From the NCBI RefSeq assembly GCF_004010195.1, contig NC_057718.1:55274196-55338195 (forward strand): 64,000 nt of DNA. The letters run 5' to 3'. This document shows positions 49,498 to 62,635 of this stretch, one piece after another (the first letter of the stretch is position 1; every line of letters begins with the position of its first letter). Below the pieces are notes generated by a model. The model ran no database searches. It had not been told where the DNA came from and saw only the letters and a list, made by a program, of their open reading frames with translations. Made by a program: the position numbers and the translations under genes. This DNA is from Chiloscyllium plagiosum. Lineage: Eukaryota.

Positions 49498-52159
49498 ATA
49501 ATGACTACCGCCCAGTGAATCTGACATCCATGGTTATGAAATACTTTAAGAGGTTAGTAATGGCACACGTCAATTCCAGTCTCCCAGATTGCCATGGTTC
49601 ATTACAATTCAACTGCTATATCCATGGCAGACACCATTTCCCAGGACCTACACTCATCCCTGGTACATCTGGAACAAGAACCCCACCTACGTCAGAGTCC
49701 CTATTTATTGATTTTAGCTTTGCCTTCAACACTATAATTCCAACAAACACATCTCCAAACTCCCCTCTCAACAACTGGATCCTCGACTTCCTGACCTGCA
49801 GACCACAATCAGTAAGGATAGGTGACAACACCTCCTCCATAATAATTGTCAACACCAGTGCCCCAGAAGGCTGCGTACTCAGCACATTACTTCACTCCTT
49901 TTATACTCATGACTGTGTGGCCAAATTCAGCTCTAACTGATGTACAAATTTGCGAATACCACCACCATAGTGGGTTGGATCTCAAACAACAAATAAGACA
50001 GGCAGTTTAATGACATGGTATAAAGACAACAATCTCTCTCTCAATGTCAGCAAAACAAAACAGCTGGTCATTGACTTTAGGAAGCAGAATAGAGGACACA
50101 CCCCTGTCCATCAATGGTGCTGACGTGGAGATGGTTGAGAGCTTCAAGTTCCTAGGAGTAAATCTCACCAACCCACTGTCCTGACCCATCCATGTTGTTG
50201 CGGCAGTCAAGAAAGCACACCAATACCTCTACTTCATCAGAAGGCTAAGGATATTTGGCATGTTCACAATGACTCATGAATTTTTATAGATGCACCACAG
50301 AAAACGTCCTATCCAAATGCAGTATAGCCTTGTATGGCAGCTGCTGTGCCAGAGACCGCAAGAAATTACGGAGAGCTGTGAACGCAGCCCAATCTGACAC
50401 AAAAGCAGCCTTCCTTCCATTGAATCTGTCTATACTTTCCACTGCCTCAGGAAGGCAACCAACATAATCAAAGACCCCTTCCACCCCAATCTCTTCCAAC
50501 CTTTTCCATTGAGTATAAGATAGAAAAATTTGAAAATACAAACCAACAGATCCAAGAACAGCTTCTTTCCTGCTGTTATCATACTTATGAACGGACCTCT
50601 CCTATATTAGAGTTGATCGTGCTGTGCACCTTATCTGTAGTAACACAATATTCTGAATTCTGATCTATTACTCTGACATACCTATGTAAGGTACAATTTG
50701 TTTTGAAAATATGCAAAACAATATTTTTCACTGTATCTCAGTATAATAAATCAAGTAAAAGAAAAAGGACCAAACCTAAGAATCAGTTCGAACATTGCAA
50801 AGTCCCACAAATAGCAAATAAGATCAATGGCAAATAAGACTTGACCTTGTTAAGTCCTGTCAAAAGCAATATTTCTGACAAGCAGTACTGTCTTCATACT
50901 ACATTAAAATGTTAATCTTAATAGTGTGCTCCAGTTCTGGAGTAGATCGCGACACACAAATGGCTATTGCCATTATGTCAGACTAGCAGGATATTTGAAA
51001 GTCTAGGATGAGACTGTGCTATGTTGAGTTAGATAAAATAATGAATGGAAGTTATAACTGAAAATGAACCAAAACCGCATGGAAAATGCAGCATTAACAA
51101 AACCTTAAAGACTTAAACCTAGAATAGGAGGGGGAAGGAAATCAATTTATTTCATGCATATGCTGTGGGATATTTTAAAAAAGGATGATTTTAAAAAGCT
51201 ATTGTTAAGTTTCTAAATAACGAATGAAAACTCATCTCATCAGCTTTGTTTTTTGTATCAATGTTAGTAACCTGAAGATTTTGAAATGGGATTTGAGCAG
51301 AGAATCAATCTTGGGAATTGCTGTTCTTCCACATTAATTTATTGGCATTTGTATGGTTTATGTTTATGTTCATAGATCACAAATATGTCAGTCAAGACTT
51401 AGGTACATTTAAGTCCTCACTTTCTCCTTAAATACATCAAAGGCAGTTGAACTTAGTGATTTGGAACCAGAACACTTAAATCTCAGAATCTTTACTCATA
51501 GTAGTTTTAATTTGAGTCACCTAGTCTTTTCCCAGTCTCACTAATCGATCATTCAAATAAATCTTCTTCTCACTGAACTGGATTACCTACTTTCTTAATT
51601 CTCTGCTTCTTGCCAATTCACTGCAAATAATCTGATCATGTCTATATTATTGATTTCTTTAAAAATTACATAAATATTCCCTTCTTAGCCTTTTACTCAC
51701 TACTGAATCCAAAACATTGCATGATTTCTGTCTTCATAAGCTCAATCAACTGGCATGGAAGAGAGTGATTAGAATATGGAGTTTGCTGTAACAAGAATTC
51801 GACAAACCGTGTAAATGCATTTAAGGGGAAGTTAGATATACACATGAGGAAGAAAGGAATGGAAGATTACGCTAGGTAAGTGGAATGATGTAAGATGGAA
51901 GCGGCTCAAGTGAAGGACAAATATGAAATCAGACTAAGTGAATTAAATTGCTTATTTCTATTGTGCACATTCAGCTTCTAGTTGCCAGTAGAATTATTCC
52001 AAATGAATGACAAACATGTGAACAGTGTCAGCTTGAGCTCCACTTTCTTGAGTCATTGGTTTTGGTTTCAATTCCCACTCCTGGACTTGAGCATAAAAAT
52101 GAAATCTGATACTCAAGTGTAGTAATACTATGGATGTAGTGCTCCATCATTCGTGGTGT

Positions 52160-52680
52160 CATAAGAACTTGGAGAAGGAGTAGACAGTTAGCCCTTGAGC
52201 CTGCTCAGCTATTTAATGCCTGATCTCATCTGAGCCCCAATTCCACTTTCCTCCCTACTCCCCATAACCTTCTGACCCATGACTGATAAAAATCCAACTG
52301 TTGTTTCCTCAAATTTATTCTGTGCCCTTGCATCCATACTTTTGAGAGAAGCAATTCATCCTCATCTCTGATTAAATTTTCCAGCCCTTAGCTTAATGAC
52401 ATCTCATTTTTGATTGCCCCACATTGGAACTATCCACTCTACATGTATTTTGCCAATACCTGTTAGCATCTTATATGTCGCTATAAGGTCTCCTCTCAAG
52501 TCATCTAGATTTTAGCAGTTATAGACCTAAACTGCTCGATCTCTCGTCATAAGACAAGCCTTTCATCTCTGGAATTAATCCAGTGAACCTTCTCTGAATT
52601 GTCTCCAATGAATTACATCCTTTCTCAAGTAAGGACACCATAACTGTATGCGCTACTCCAGATGCAGTCTCACTAATGCT
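52160..52680 (-). mobile_element. Old CR1 3' remnant inserted in a DeuSINE-like element (about 52030-52970)
   Basis: cataagaacttggagaaggagtag tail signature; flanks have ggtttcaattccc B box and L2-type tail gcaatataagtgcacgtttctttc. Confidence 0.55.
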
Positions 52681-53132
52681 GTGGAGGTTTCTTTCAGAAG
52701 TGATCTTAAACTGTCTCCTCCTGCGTCTCCAGGTGGACCTAAAAATCCAATAGAAGAACTTGTGTGTTATCTTGATGTCCTAACCAAAATTTATCCTTGA
52801 TTTAAAAAACAAAAAAGCAGACTATTTGGTCGTTCTCATATTCCTATTTCTGAGAGTTTGCTGGTTTTTTCTGCATGCGCGAACATGTCTTCTATTAACA
52901 ATAAGTGCTTTGAGATATCAGGTAGTGATGCAGAGTGCAATATAAGTGCACGTTTCTTTCTTTTTCTAACTGTGACAAATAAGCTTTTTACTTGGTTTCA
53001 GCATTGATCATTTTCAATAGGGAACAATGTGTCGTCACATGGCTGGAGTGTCAGTTTGTTTTAAGTTTTATACCCTTCTCCCTTTGACTAGTCAATCTGT
53101 ATTTGCTTAAAACTGTCCATCCGGTGTTTGGT

Positions 53133-53790
53133 TTGAATTGAATTGAATTGAATTTATTGTCATGTGTACTGAGGCGCAGTGAAAAGCTTTGTCCTTTGGA
53201 CAATACAGGCAGATCACATAGTTGAGCAGGATAGATAAGTAAATAACAGGCAAACAGTGGCAAAACAAAAACACAGGTATAGGCAAATGCTAAGAGTTTG
53301 AGTCCATTCAGTATTCTAACAACAGTTGGGGAAAAACTGTTTCGAAACCCACTGGTGCATATGTTCAGGCTTCTGTACCTTCTCCCCATTGGTAGAGGTT
53401 GGAGAAAAACACTGCCAGGGTGGGATGGCAGCCTATCCTTGACAGCGGGTCTAATAGATGGATTCTGTAGATGGGAGGTTGTCCTTTGTGATTGTCTGGG
53501 CCAAGTTCACCACTCTCTGTAACTGTCTCTGATCTTGAATAGTACAGTTGCCATACTAGGGAGTGATACATCCAGACTGAATGCACACCTATAAAAGTTG
53601 GCAAGGGTATTCGCCGTCATGCCAAATTTCCTCAGCTACCTGAGGAAAAAGAGACGTTGGGCCTTTGTAACCAGTGTGTCCACATGAAGAGTCCAAGAAA
53701 GCTTGTGGATGACCACTACCTACTCCCAGGAGCTTGACATTCTCCACTCATTCCACTTCTGCGCTGCTAATGTGTAGGGAGGCATGAGTT
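53133..53790 (-). mobile_element. Rex1/Babar-like LINE 3' fragment
   Basis: Same sequence as 11930-12610; (ATTCA)n tail. Confidence 0.88.
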
Positions 53791-56700
53791 TGAAACAAAC
53801 TGTTAAATATCACAGCAGTCAGTGTGTACTTTGAGGTTGGAAAAGATAGGTTGAAAAAATTGCTTTTGGATAAAACTTTGTTGTAATCTAATTAACTCCA
53901 TTTATAGTCATCTGTGTAATAAGCTGAAATAGGATATTTCTGAGCTGAATTTAAGAGCCAATTTTGAATAAGTTAGAGCATATTCATTATCAACACCTCG
54001 TTGATTTTAACATGTAGAAAAGCCTGTCAATATCCTACACTGTGTATTTTTAGAAGTGGCATACAAATGATGCCCTGTAAAGAAATGTACATCATTTTTA
54101 TTAGTTCAATATATCAACAAGGGGCTTGGGTATTATGGATGAAGGTTGCTGGTTTATAGTCTTTAGCCATTGCAATGTTTCTAATTGGTTATATTTCTGA
54201 GTTTCCTTCTCCTCTAACCTATCAAATATATTTTTAAAAATACAGAAGACTCTATTCTCATTCAGGAAAATCTAGAGAGTCCTACCCAGATGGTATCAAT
54301 GCAGTCAGGAAATTGCCTCAGTAAAAAAAGGAAGGAAACTGAACCTACTTCCGGGGATTGATGTATTACCATATTGAGAATCCGGATACTTTTCTAATTA
54401 GACAGAAATCCAGACTTGAGTTAACAACAAAACTACACCAAAATGGTCATGTTTGGTCTTATAGAGATTTAGTTTATGTTCCAGATTCAAATGTCTATCA
54501 AATTGTATAATGTTGGGAATTTTACAATGATTCAATTTAGCAAATTTAGCACCAGTGCAAAGCTAGAATCTTGTTCTGAAGAAGGGTTACTGGACTCATT
54601 AACTCAGCTTTCTCTCCACAGATGCCAGACATACTGAGTTTCTTCAGCAATTTCTGTTCTTGTTTCAGATATTGAACATCTGCAAGGTTTTCTGATTTTT
54701 TTTATATTTGATCTTTTGTATGAAAGCTATGTGAAAGCATTGCTTTGAAAATATGCTGTACAGAGGATCTCTTGACATACAGACCATAAAATTTCACTCT
54801 ACAGCATCTGTAGTTTTGGTGCTGCAACTATTGCTTGGGAACCAAAATGACTCCTGTGCTACATGTACATGCACTGGATACCATCTGAGGCTGTTAGCCT
54901 GGACGTTAGGAGCTTATGTCAAAAATGCAGAGTAGGCAGGCTTTGACATACGTGTGCAATGTTTCTTTCCTAGCTTTATCACTTTTTTGACTTAATTACT
55001 CCAAGCTAATATCCTGTCTCAAGTATCACAGATGACCATGTGTTCAATAGCTGAAAGGACTAGCCTAAGGCAGTATTTAAAGAGCTCATAGATGTGGTTA
55101 GTTTTTAATGGACCTCAGCTGTCTCTGTATGAACTTATAGAAGAGTTGGTGATACTTTGTACCCACAAGAATTGTCAACTTTGTGGACATGCCTTGGCTT
55201 TGACCTTGAGGGCTCTTGGCATTAAGAGGAAGATGGAGCAGAAGCAGCAAAGACACAAACACATTACTTTCAGAGGGATGGAAAGAAAGGGAAGGACTCT
55301 GAGCAAAAGGCTTTATTTACCAATGCCTTTTAGTACTTTTCTCTACTTTTTTTTTAAACAACTTTTAAGTCTACATGTTTAGTTGTTGAGTTGCTTTAGT
55401 TTTGCGCTAATATTAAATTTCGAATGTGACTTCTTGGATGTGAAGCTTAACTGACTGACAAAGTGAAGTAACACTACGCTTCGGGAGATTTCAGTTTCCT
55501 GTATGTTTCAACTGCAGCAATTGTTCTGACACTAAAATGTATTGTGGAAATGCACCTTAAAAGAAATGGATCAGTACGAAATAGACAATTTGCCACAGCA
55601 AAATATTGTATAAGCTCTTGGACATCTGAAATAAAAGAAATTTCTGGAAATAGTGAGATCAGGCAGTATCTGTAGTCTGAAGTGATTTGATTTCAGCTGC
55701 CTGATTTTCAGAAGATAGGATCTTTACTAATGTTCATTCGGCCTAATTGTTAGCACTCTTGATTCTTAAATCATAATATTGTGTCTTTTGAATTACACAT
55801 TGGGACTTAGACCAGAAATGCTGACAAAATCCTGAGCTACAGCATCTTGGAATGATTTAGGAAGGTAGCCGTGAGTTATCATGCTGAAGGGTAATATTGT
55901 TAAGAATTATTTTTTTAAAAATAAAATACAACCTGTGTTCTGATTTGGCACAAAATCTGCTGAATTAGGCAGTTCCCAATTTTGGTGTCCTGTTTGATCT
56001 TTAAGCTGATATTCCCACCCAATATCCTATCCATAATGAAATATTACCTTTTTGCCATCAAGTGTCTCTGGTTATGGTGTGCTGCAGTTCTCATGCATAC
56101 AATTCAACTTGATTCTTCCAATGATTTTCTGGGTGGCCTTCTCATCTTGGACCCTTCGTAAACTCAACATCAACTAAAATGTCACCCACAATGCCATCCT
56201 AGCTCATGCCAATTCCCATTTGTTTGTCATATCTGGTCTTGCTCCCAGTCAACCAGTACCATGGTTTTTAAAATACTTAAAATGGTGTTCAAATCACTGC
56301 TTTTCCTTTCCCTAGCTCTGTATCTTCTGCATCTCTATTACCTTGAGATGTTCTCACTCAGTCCTCTTGTGCATTCTCAGCTTGCTTCATCCCATCATTG
56401 CTAGTATTAAGCTGTTTGATCCTGAACTCTATAATATTCTTAACCTCACTCCGTCTCTGTCTTTGAAGACATTCCTCTCTACCTGTTTAACCAATGCATC
56501 AGTTACACATCCTACTTTCTTCTTGGGCGGAATGTAAATATTTATCTTGTCCTCTTATTAGTTAGAGAAGTTGTGTACATTTTAAATAATGTAAGTATTT
56601 TTCCAAACCAGCACCTGTGCTTTTGGAAAAAAAATTGTTTAATTTTGTGGCAAGGGAGTGAAATAAATATATAGTTAGTAATGCTACACTATTGCTCAAA

Positions 56701-57235
56701 TACAATTCATTTTTGAATGTAATTCAGTGTCCTTGCACAACGAAGCACAGGAATTCCTGCAAATCAGTTACCCAATGACATTGCTAACTGTCACCGTTAT
56801 AGTCATAGGGTCATACTGCATGGAAACTGACCCTTCAGCCTAACTCGTCCATGCCAACCAGGTGTCCCAAATTGACCTAATTCCATTTGCCTGTATTTAG
56901 CCCGTATCCATCTACTAGGAAAATAATGTACCCATAAATGAGAGAATACATTTAGTCCTAAAATGCTCGCGGGATGAATGTGGCTGATAGTGTAACATTT
57001 CATGAATCACTGGCAGTAGTCAAATTTAGGACAAAGGTCATATCAGAATAAAATTTTCTATGCCTGTCCTCAAAATTATAATTTTGTGTGAGAATCTAAA
57101 ATCTAGGAATACAAATTTTTCAGTTGGCTCCGTAATACAGATTCCAGTTGGAAATAAATTGTGTAGATTTTGTATTAACTCATTCGAACTAGGGACTGAA
57201 TTTAAATCATTTGAGTGAATTGAACATACTGCATA

Positions 57236-57453
57236 TAGTCGGTTCTGATATAACGCGATAGTTCCGTTCTCATGCGATCTCATGTTATGAGAAAATTGCG
57301 CAATAGCCACACCATTTAAACTAATGGGGGCCAGAATCGCGCTATAGTCAATAAAGGTAAGGAAGGTTTGCGTTCTATAAATAAGTCTAAATTCTTCAAT
57401 CATGTTGAAGCTTATTCATGTTGAAGAAACATGCGTTATAGCAGAACCGACTA
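57236..57453. mobile_element. MITE with about 21-bp terminal inverted repeats (Tc1/mariner-Tigger-like)
   Basis: tagtcggttctgatataacgc ... gcgttatagcagaaccgacta; TA on the left flank; CpG-rich relative to surroundings. Confidence 0.75.
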
Positions 57454-57496
57454 CTGCCATTGTTGTTTCAGATGTTCATAACTTTTTTTGTACTGA

Positions 57497-59655
57497 TGAA
57501 TTGAATTGAATTTATTGTCACATGTACTGAGGTACAGTGAAAAGCTTTGTCTTGAAGCAATACAGGCAGATCACATAGTTAAGTAGCATAGGTAAGTAAA
57601 TAATAGGTAAATAGCAGTAAAAACAAAAACACAGTTGCAGGCGAATGCTAAGAGTTTGAGTCCATTCAGTATTCTAACAACAGTAGGGTAGAAACTGTTA
57701 TGAAACTGGCTGGTACATGTGTTAAGGCTTCTCTACCTTCTCCCCGATGGTAGAGGTCATGGAAAAGCATTGCCAGGGTGGGATGGATCATTGAGAGTGC
57801 TGGCGGCCTTTCCTTGACAGCATGCCTGGTAGATGGCTTTGTGATTGTCCAGGCCAAGTTAACCACTCTCTGTAATCGTCTCTGATCTTGCATGGTACAG
57901 ATGCCATGCCAGGTAGTGATGCATCCAGAAAGCTTGTTGTGGATGACCACTCCCAGGAGCTTGACACTCTCCAATTGTTCCACTTTGTGCTGTTAATGTG
58001 AAAGGGGGCACGAGTAACATCCCGCCAAAAGTCAATAATGAATTCCTTGGTTTTGCCAGCATTGAGAGCTAGGTTGTTCTCAGTGCACCATTTTTCCAGG
58101 TCTTTCACCTCCTGTCTGTAGTCTGTTTCGTCGCCATCTGAGATTTGACCGACTATGGTGGTGTCATCACCGAACTTGTAAGTGGCATTAGTCTGGTATT
58201 TGGCGACGCAGTATGGGTATACAGGGAATACAGTAGGGGGCTGAGTATGCATCCCTGAGGGGCTTCCGTGTTGCATGTTAATAAGGATGAAATATTGCCC
58301 CCAGTCTTCACTGATTGTGGCCTGTGGGTCAGGAAACTGAGGATCCAGTTGCAGAGAGTGGGGCTTAGTCCGAGATCACTAAGTTCAGTAGTCATTCTCA
58401 AGGGGATAATAATGTTGAAGGCTGAACTGTAGTCAATAATTAGGATTTTTACATAGCTGTTCTTGGTGTCAAGATGTTCTAGGAAGGAGTGAAGGGCAAG
58501 TGATATTGCATCTGATGTGGATCTGTTGGTCTGATAGGCAAATTAGAGTGGGTCAAGATTGGTGGGGAGGCTGAAGTTGATTAATGCCATGACAAGCCTT
58601 TCAAAGAACTGCATGACCACCGAAGTTAAGGCCACTGGGGGGGTAGTAATTGAGACATGCTGTATGAGCCTTCTTAGGCACAGGGATGATGTTGGCCCTC
58701 TTGAAAAAGGTAGGGACAGTGGCCTGCTGCAGGGAGAGGTTGAAGATGTCTGAGAAGACCTCTGCCAGTTGATCTGCATATGCTCTGAGTGCACAGCCTG
58801 GTACTCCATCCAGTCCCATCGCTTTCCTTGGATTCACACGAAGGAAAACTGATCTGACCTCTGATGCAGTGACTGTTAGGATAGGTTTGTCAGGACTCGT
58901 CAGAAAAGGTGTTATCTCTTCGCCGAAATTCTGCTTAAAGTGAGCACAGAAGGCATTGAGACGATCTGGGAGGTATATGTCATCGTCTGCTATCTTGTAC
59001 CGTCTCTTTTTTAGATCCTGGGATATCATTCAGTCCTTGTCGCTGGGTGTATGTTTAGGTCTCTAGTTTGGATTGGTATTGGTCATTGGCTGTCTTAATG
59101 GCTCTGTGAAGGTCATACTTGGATTCCTTTATATTTGAGTGGGTCTCCTGAAGGCCTCATGCCTGATTTTTAGCAAGTTCTGTATGTCCTCATTCATCCA
59201 GGGTTTCCTATTTGGGAACAGCTGGATTGACTTCATCGGTATGCAGTCCTCCACACACTTGCTGATAGATTCTGTGACAGTGGTGATGTACTCATCCAAG
59301 GTACCTGCGGACTGTTTGAACATGGCCCAGCCAGCCGATTCCAGACATCAGAGTTGATCCTCTGCCTCCGACCAGCACTGGACCTGTATCTGCAAGGGGT
59401 ATCCTGCTTGAGCTTTTGCCTATAAGCCTGGAGAAGAAACACTGCATTGTGGTCAGAGTTCCCGAAATTAGGGCGGGGATGGAGCGGTAGGCATCCTTCA
59501 CATTCGTGTAACAGTGGTCTAAAATGTTCGGGTCCCTTGTAGGGCAGGTACGTGGACAACACCTTCCTTAGATTGGCTTGATTGAAGTCGCCAGTTATAG
59601 TAAACAGTGCCTCGGGGTGTTCCGTCTCCAGGGTGTTAGTGGTGCAGTACAGCAC
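57497..59655 (-). mobile_element. Rex1/Babar-like LINE, longest copy (endonuclease end through RT, frameshifted)
   Basis: ITGDFNQANL, FGNSDHNAVFL, VNPRKAMGLDGVPG, APQGCILSPLLYSLYTH, KFGDDTTIVG; (ATTCA)n tail at 57498-57512. Confidence 0.9.
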
Positions 59656-60329
59656 ATGATGATGGAATTTATTCCAGTAAGCAGAAAACATAATGTGCTG
59701 TTCATAATTGCTCACTTTTTGAATTTCACAATTAAAAGAAAAGCTAATTTTTGATTCTTCAATTGTGCTGCAAGAAGCTGAATGAGTTTATATGACTGTG
59801 TTGGTTTGTGAATTGTAATTTGTAGTAATAACCTTGAAAATGTCGCAGATATTTTATAATCAAACTGTTTAGAGATGTTATGACATCTCTCTGGGGCAGG
59901 TGGGACTTGAACCCAGGCCTCCTGGTTCAGAGGTAGAGATATAAACATTGTGCCACAAAAGCCTTGAGAAGATATCATAGACACCACCTCTCATTAAACA
60001 TGTGAAATAGGCAATTGACTTTATTCATTTAAGTAATCAAAAGTATGTATAAATGACATTGAAGTATCACTGTACTGTTCCCACTGATTCATTGTGGAAA
60101 TTTTATAATCTACTTGTTCAGAGAGATTATGACAACATATGGCATTTGAATCCAGACCTTTTGGCCTACAGGCAGGGACGAGTTCATTGTAAGATTTGTT
60201 ATTTGTGTATAAGAAAATTACCTGATTCAGTATGTGGATGTACCTACTAGAGAAGCTACAGTGTGGACTTGATGGGCCAAATAGCCTGTTTCCACACTGT
60301 AGGGATTCTGTGAAAAAAATACTTGACGT

Positions 60330-62635
60330 ACGCTTGGGACATAAGATCGGGCAAGTGACTGAGGTGTCAGTGAGGAAGCATTTTAGGGCCAATGATCATA
60401 ATTCTATTAGTTTTAAGATAGTGATGGAAAAGGATAGACTGGATCTAAAAGTTGACGTTTTAAATTGAAGGAAGGCCAATTTTGACGGCATTAGGCAAGA
60501 GGATTCCCAGAACTAGAGGGCCATAGGTTTAAGGTGAGAGGAGAAGGATTTAAAAGGGACCTGAGATAGCTTTGGCAAATAGAGTTAAGGAGAATCCAAA
60601 GGGATTTTATAAATACATTAAGGACAAAAGGGTAACTAGGGGGAGAATAGGGCCTCTCAAAACTCAGCAAGACAGCCTATTTGTGGAGCCGCAGGAGATG
60701 GGGCAGATAATAAATGAGTATTTTGCATCCGTATTTACTGTGGAGAAGGACATTGAAGCTATAGACTGTGGGGAAATAGATGGTGACCTCTTGAAAAATG
60801 TTCATATTGTAGAGGAGATGGTGCTGGATGTCTTTAAAATGCATAAATGTGGATAAATCCCTAGAATCTGATCAGGTGTACCCTAGAACTCTGTGGAAGG
60901 CTGGGGAAGTGATTGCTGTGCCCTTGCTGAGATATTTGTACCTTCGATAGTAACAACTGAGGTGCTGGAAGGCTGGAGATTGGCTAAAGTGGTGCCACTA
61001 TTTAAGATGGTAAGGAAAAGCCAGGTAACAATAGACTGGTGAGCCTGACATTGGTAGTGGGCAAATTGTTGGAGAGATTCCTGAGGGACAGGATTTACAT
61101 GTATTTGGAAAGGCAAAGACTGATTAGGGATAGTCAACATGGCTTTGTGTGTGGGAAATCACATGCTTGAGTTTTTGAAGAAGTAATGAGAACTGATGAA
61201 GGCAAAGCAGTGGACGTGACCTATGTGGACTTCAGTTCGGCTAGGTTCCTCGTAGTAGACTGATTTTCAAGGTTAGATTTCATGGAATACAGAGAGAACT
61301 AGCCATTTGGATACAGAACTGGCTCGAAGGTAGAAGACAGGGTGGTGGTTGAGGATTTCTTGTCAATCTGGAGGCCTGTGACCAGTGGTGTGCCACAAAG
61401 ATTGGTGCTAGGTCCACTGCTTTTTGTCATCTATATAAATGATGTGGATGTAAACATAAGAGGTATAATAAGTAATTTTGGGGATGACACCAAACTTGGA
61501 GGTGTAGTGGACAGTGAAGAAGGTTACCTGAGAGTACAATGGGATCTTGACTGTATGGGCCAATGGGCCACGGAATGGCAAATGGAGATTAATTTAGATA
61601 AATATGAGGTGCTACATTTTGGAAAGGCAAATCAGGGTAGGACTTACATACTTAATGGTAAGGTCCTGGGGAGTGTTGCTGAACAAAGAGACCTTGGAGT
61701 GTAGATTCACAGTTCCATGAAAGTGGAGTTGCAGGTATGCAAGACAGTGAAGAAAGCATTTGATATGCTTTCCATTATTGTTCAGAGCATTAAGAATAGG
61801 AATTGGGAGGTCATGTTGGGACTGTACAGGACATTGGTAAGGCCACTTTTAGAATATTGTATGCAATTCTTGTCTCTGTGAAACTTTAAAAGAGTTCAGA
61901 AAAGATTTACAAGGATGTTACCAGGGTTGGAGCAGTAGGGAGAGGCTGAATCGGCTGTTTTCTCTAGCATTTCGGAGGCTGAGGGATGACCTTCTAGAGG
62001 TTTTTAAAATCATGAGGGGCATGGATAGGGTTAATAAACAAGGCCTTTTTCCTGCAGTGTGGGAGTACAGGATGAGAGGGCATAGGTTTAGGGTGAGAGG
62101 GAAAAGATTTAAAAGGGACCCAGGGGAAAACTTCTTCACACAGAGGGTAGTGTGTGTATGGAATGAGCTGCCAGAGGAAGTGGTGGAGGTTGGTACAATT
62201 ACAACATTTTTTTTTAAAAGGCATCTGGATGAGTATATGAATAGGGAAGGTTTAGAGGGATATGGGCCAAGTTCTGGCAAATGGAACCAGATTAATTTAG
62301 GATATCAGGTCGGTATGAATGAGTTAGGCCAAAGGGTCTGTTTCCATGCTGTACACCTCTTAAGACTCCATAAGCTTTACCAACTAGTTGCACTCCAAGG
62401 CGTACTTTCCTCTCCCTTCTTGGTTGATTTTGTCATTAGTCCTGTTTTAGAGCCTTGCCTAATGCCGTCAAGATTGGCCTTGCTCCAATTTAGAACTTTA
62501 ACTTTTAGTTCCAGTCTGTCCTTTTCCATCACTACTTTAAAACTAATAGAATTATGGTTGCTGGCCCCAAAGTGCTCCCCCATTGATCCCTCAGTCACTT
62601 GCCCTACCTTATTTCCCAAGAAAAGGTTCTGTTTT
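60330..62635. mobile_element. CR1 composite: plus-strand RT-to-tail copy (about 60560-62370) flanked by inverted CR1 endonuclease fragments
   Basis: GVPQRLVLGP, FGDDTKLGG, FFTQRVVCVWNELP; NDHNSISFKIVMEK (+) and SNHNSISFKVVMEK (-). Confidence 0.85.

Larger units (their letters stand above)
49180..50760 (+). mobile_element. Rex1/Babar-like LINE remnant (older subfamily), interrupted at 49270-49497
   Basis: NDYRPVNLTSMVMKYFKRLV, FIDFSFAFNTIIP, APEGCVLSTLLHSFYTHDC; tail ataataaatcaa. Confidence 0.82.

Noticed and set aside
49230..49940. 236-aa ORF as a novel fusion protein
   Set aside because: Chance read-through of a 240-bp (multiple of 3) insertion plus TSD within a dead LINE ORF; no splice or start evidence.
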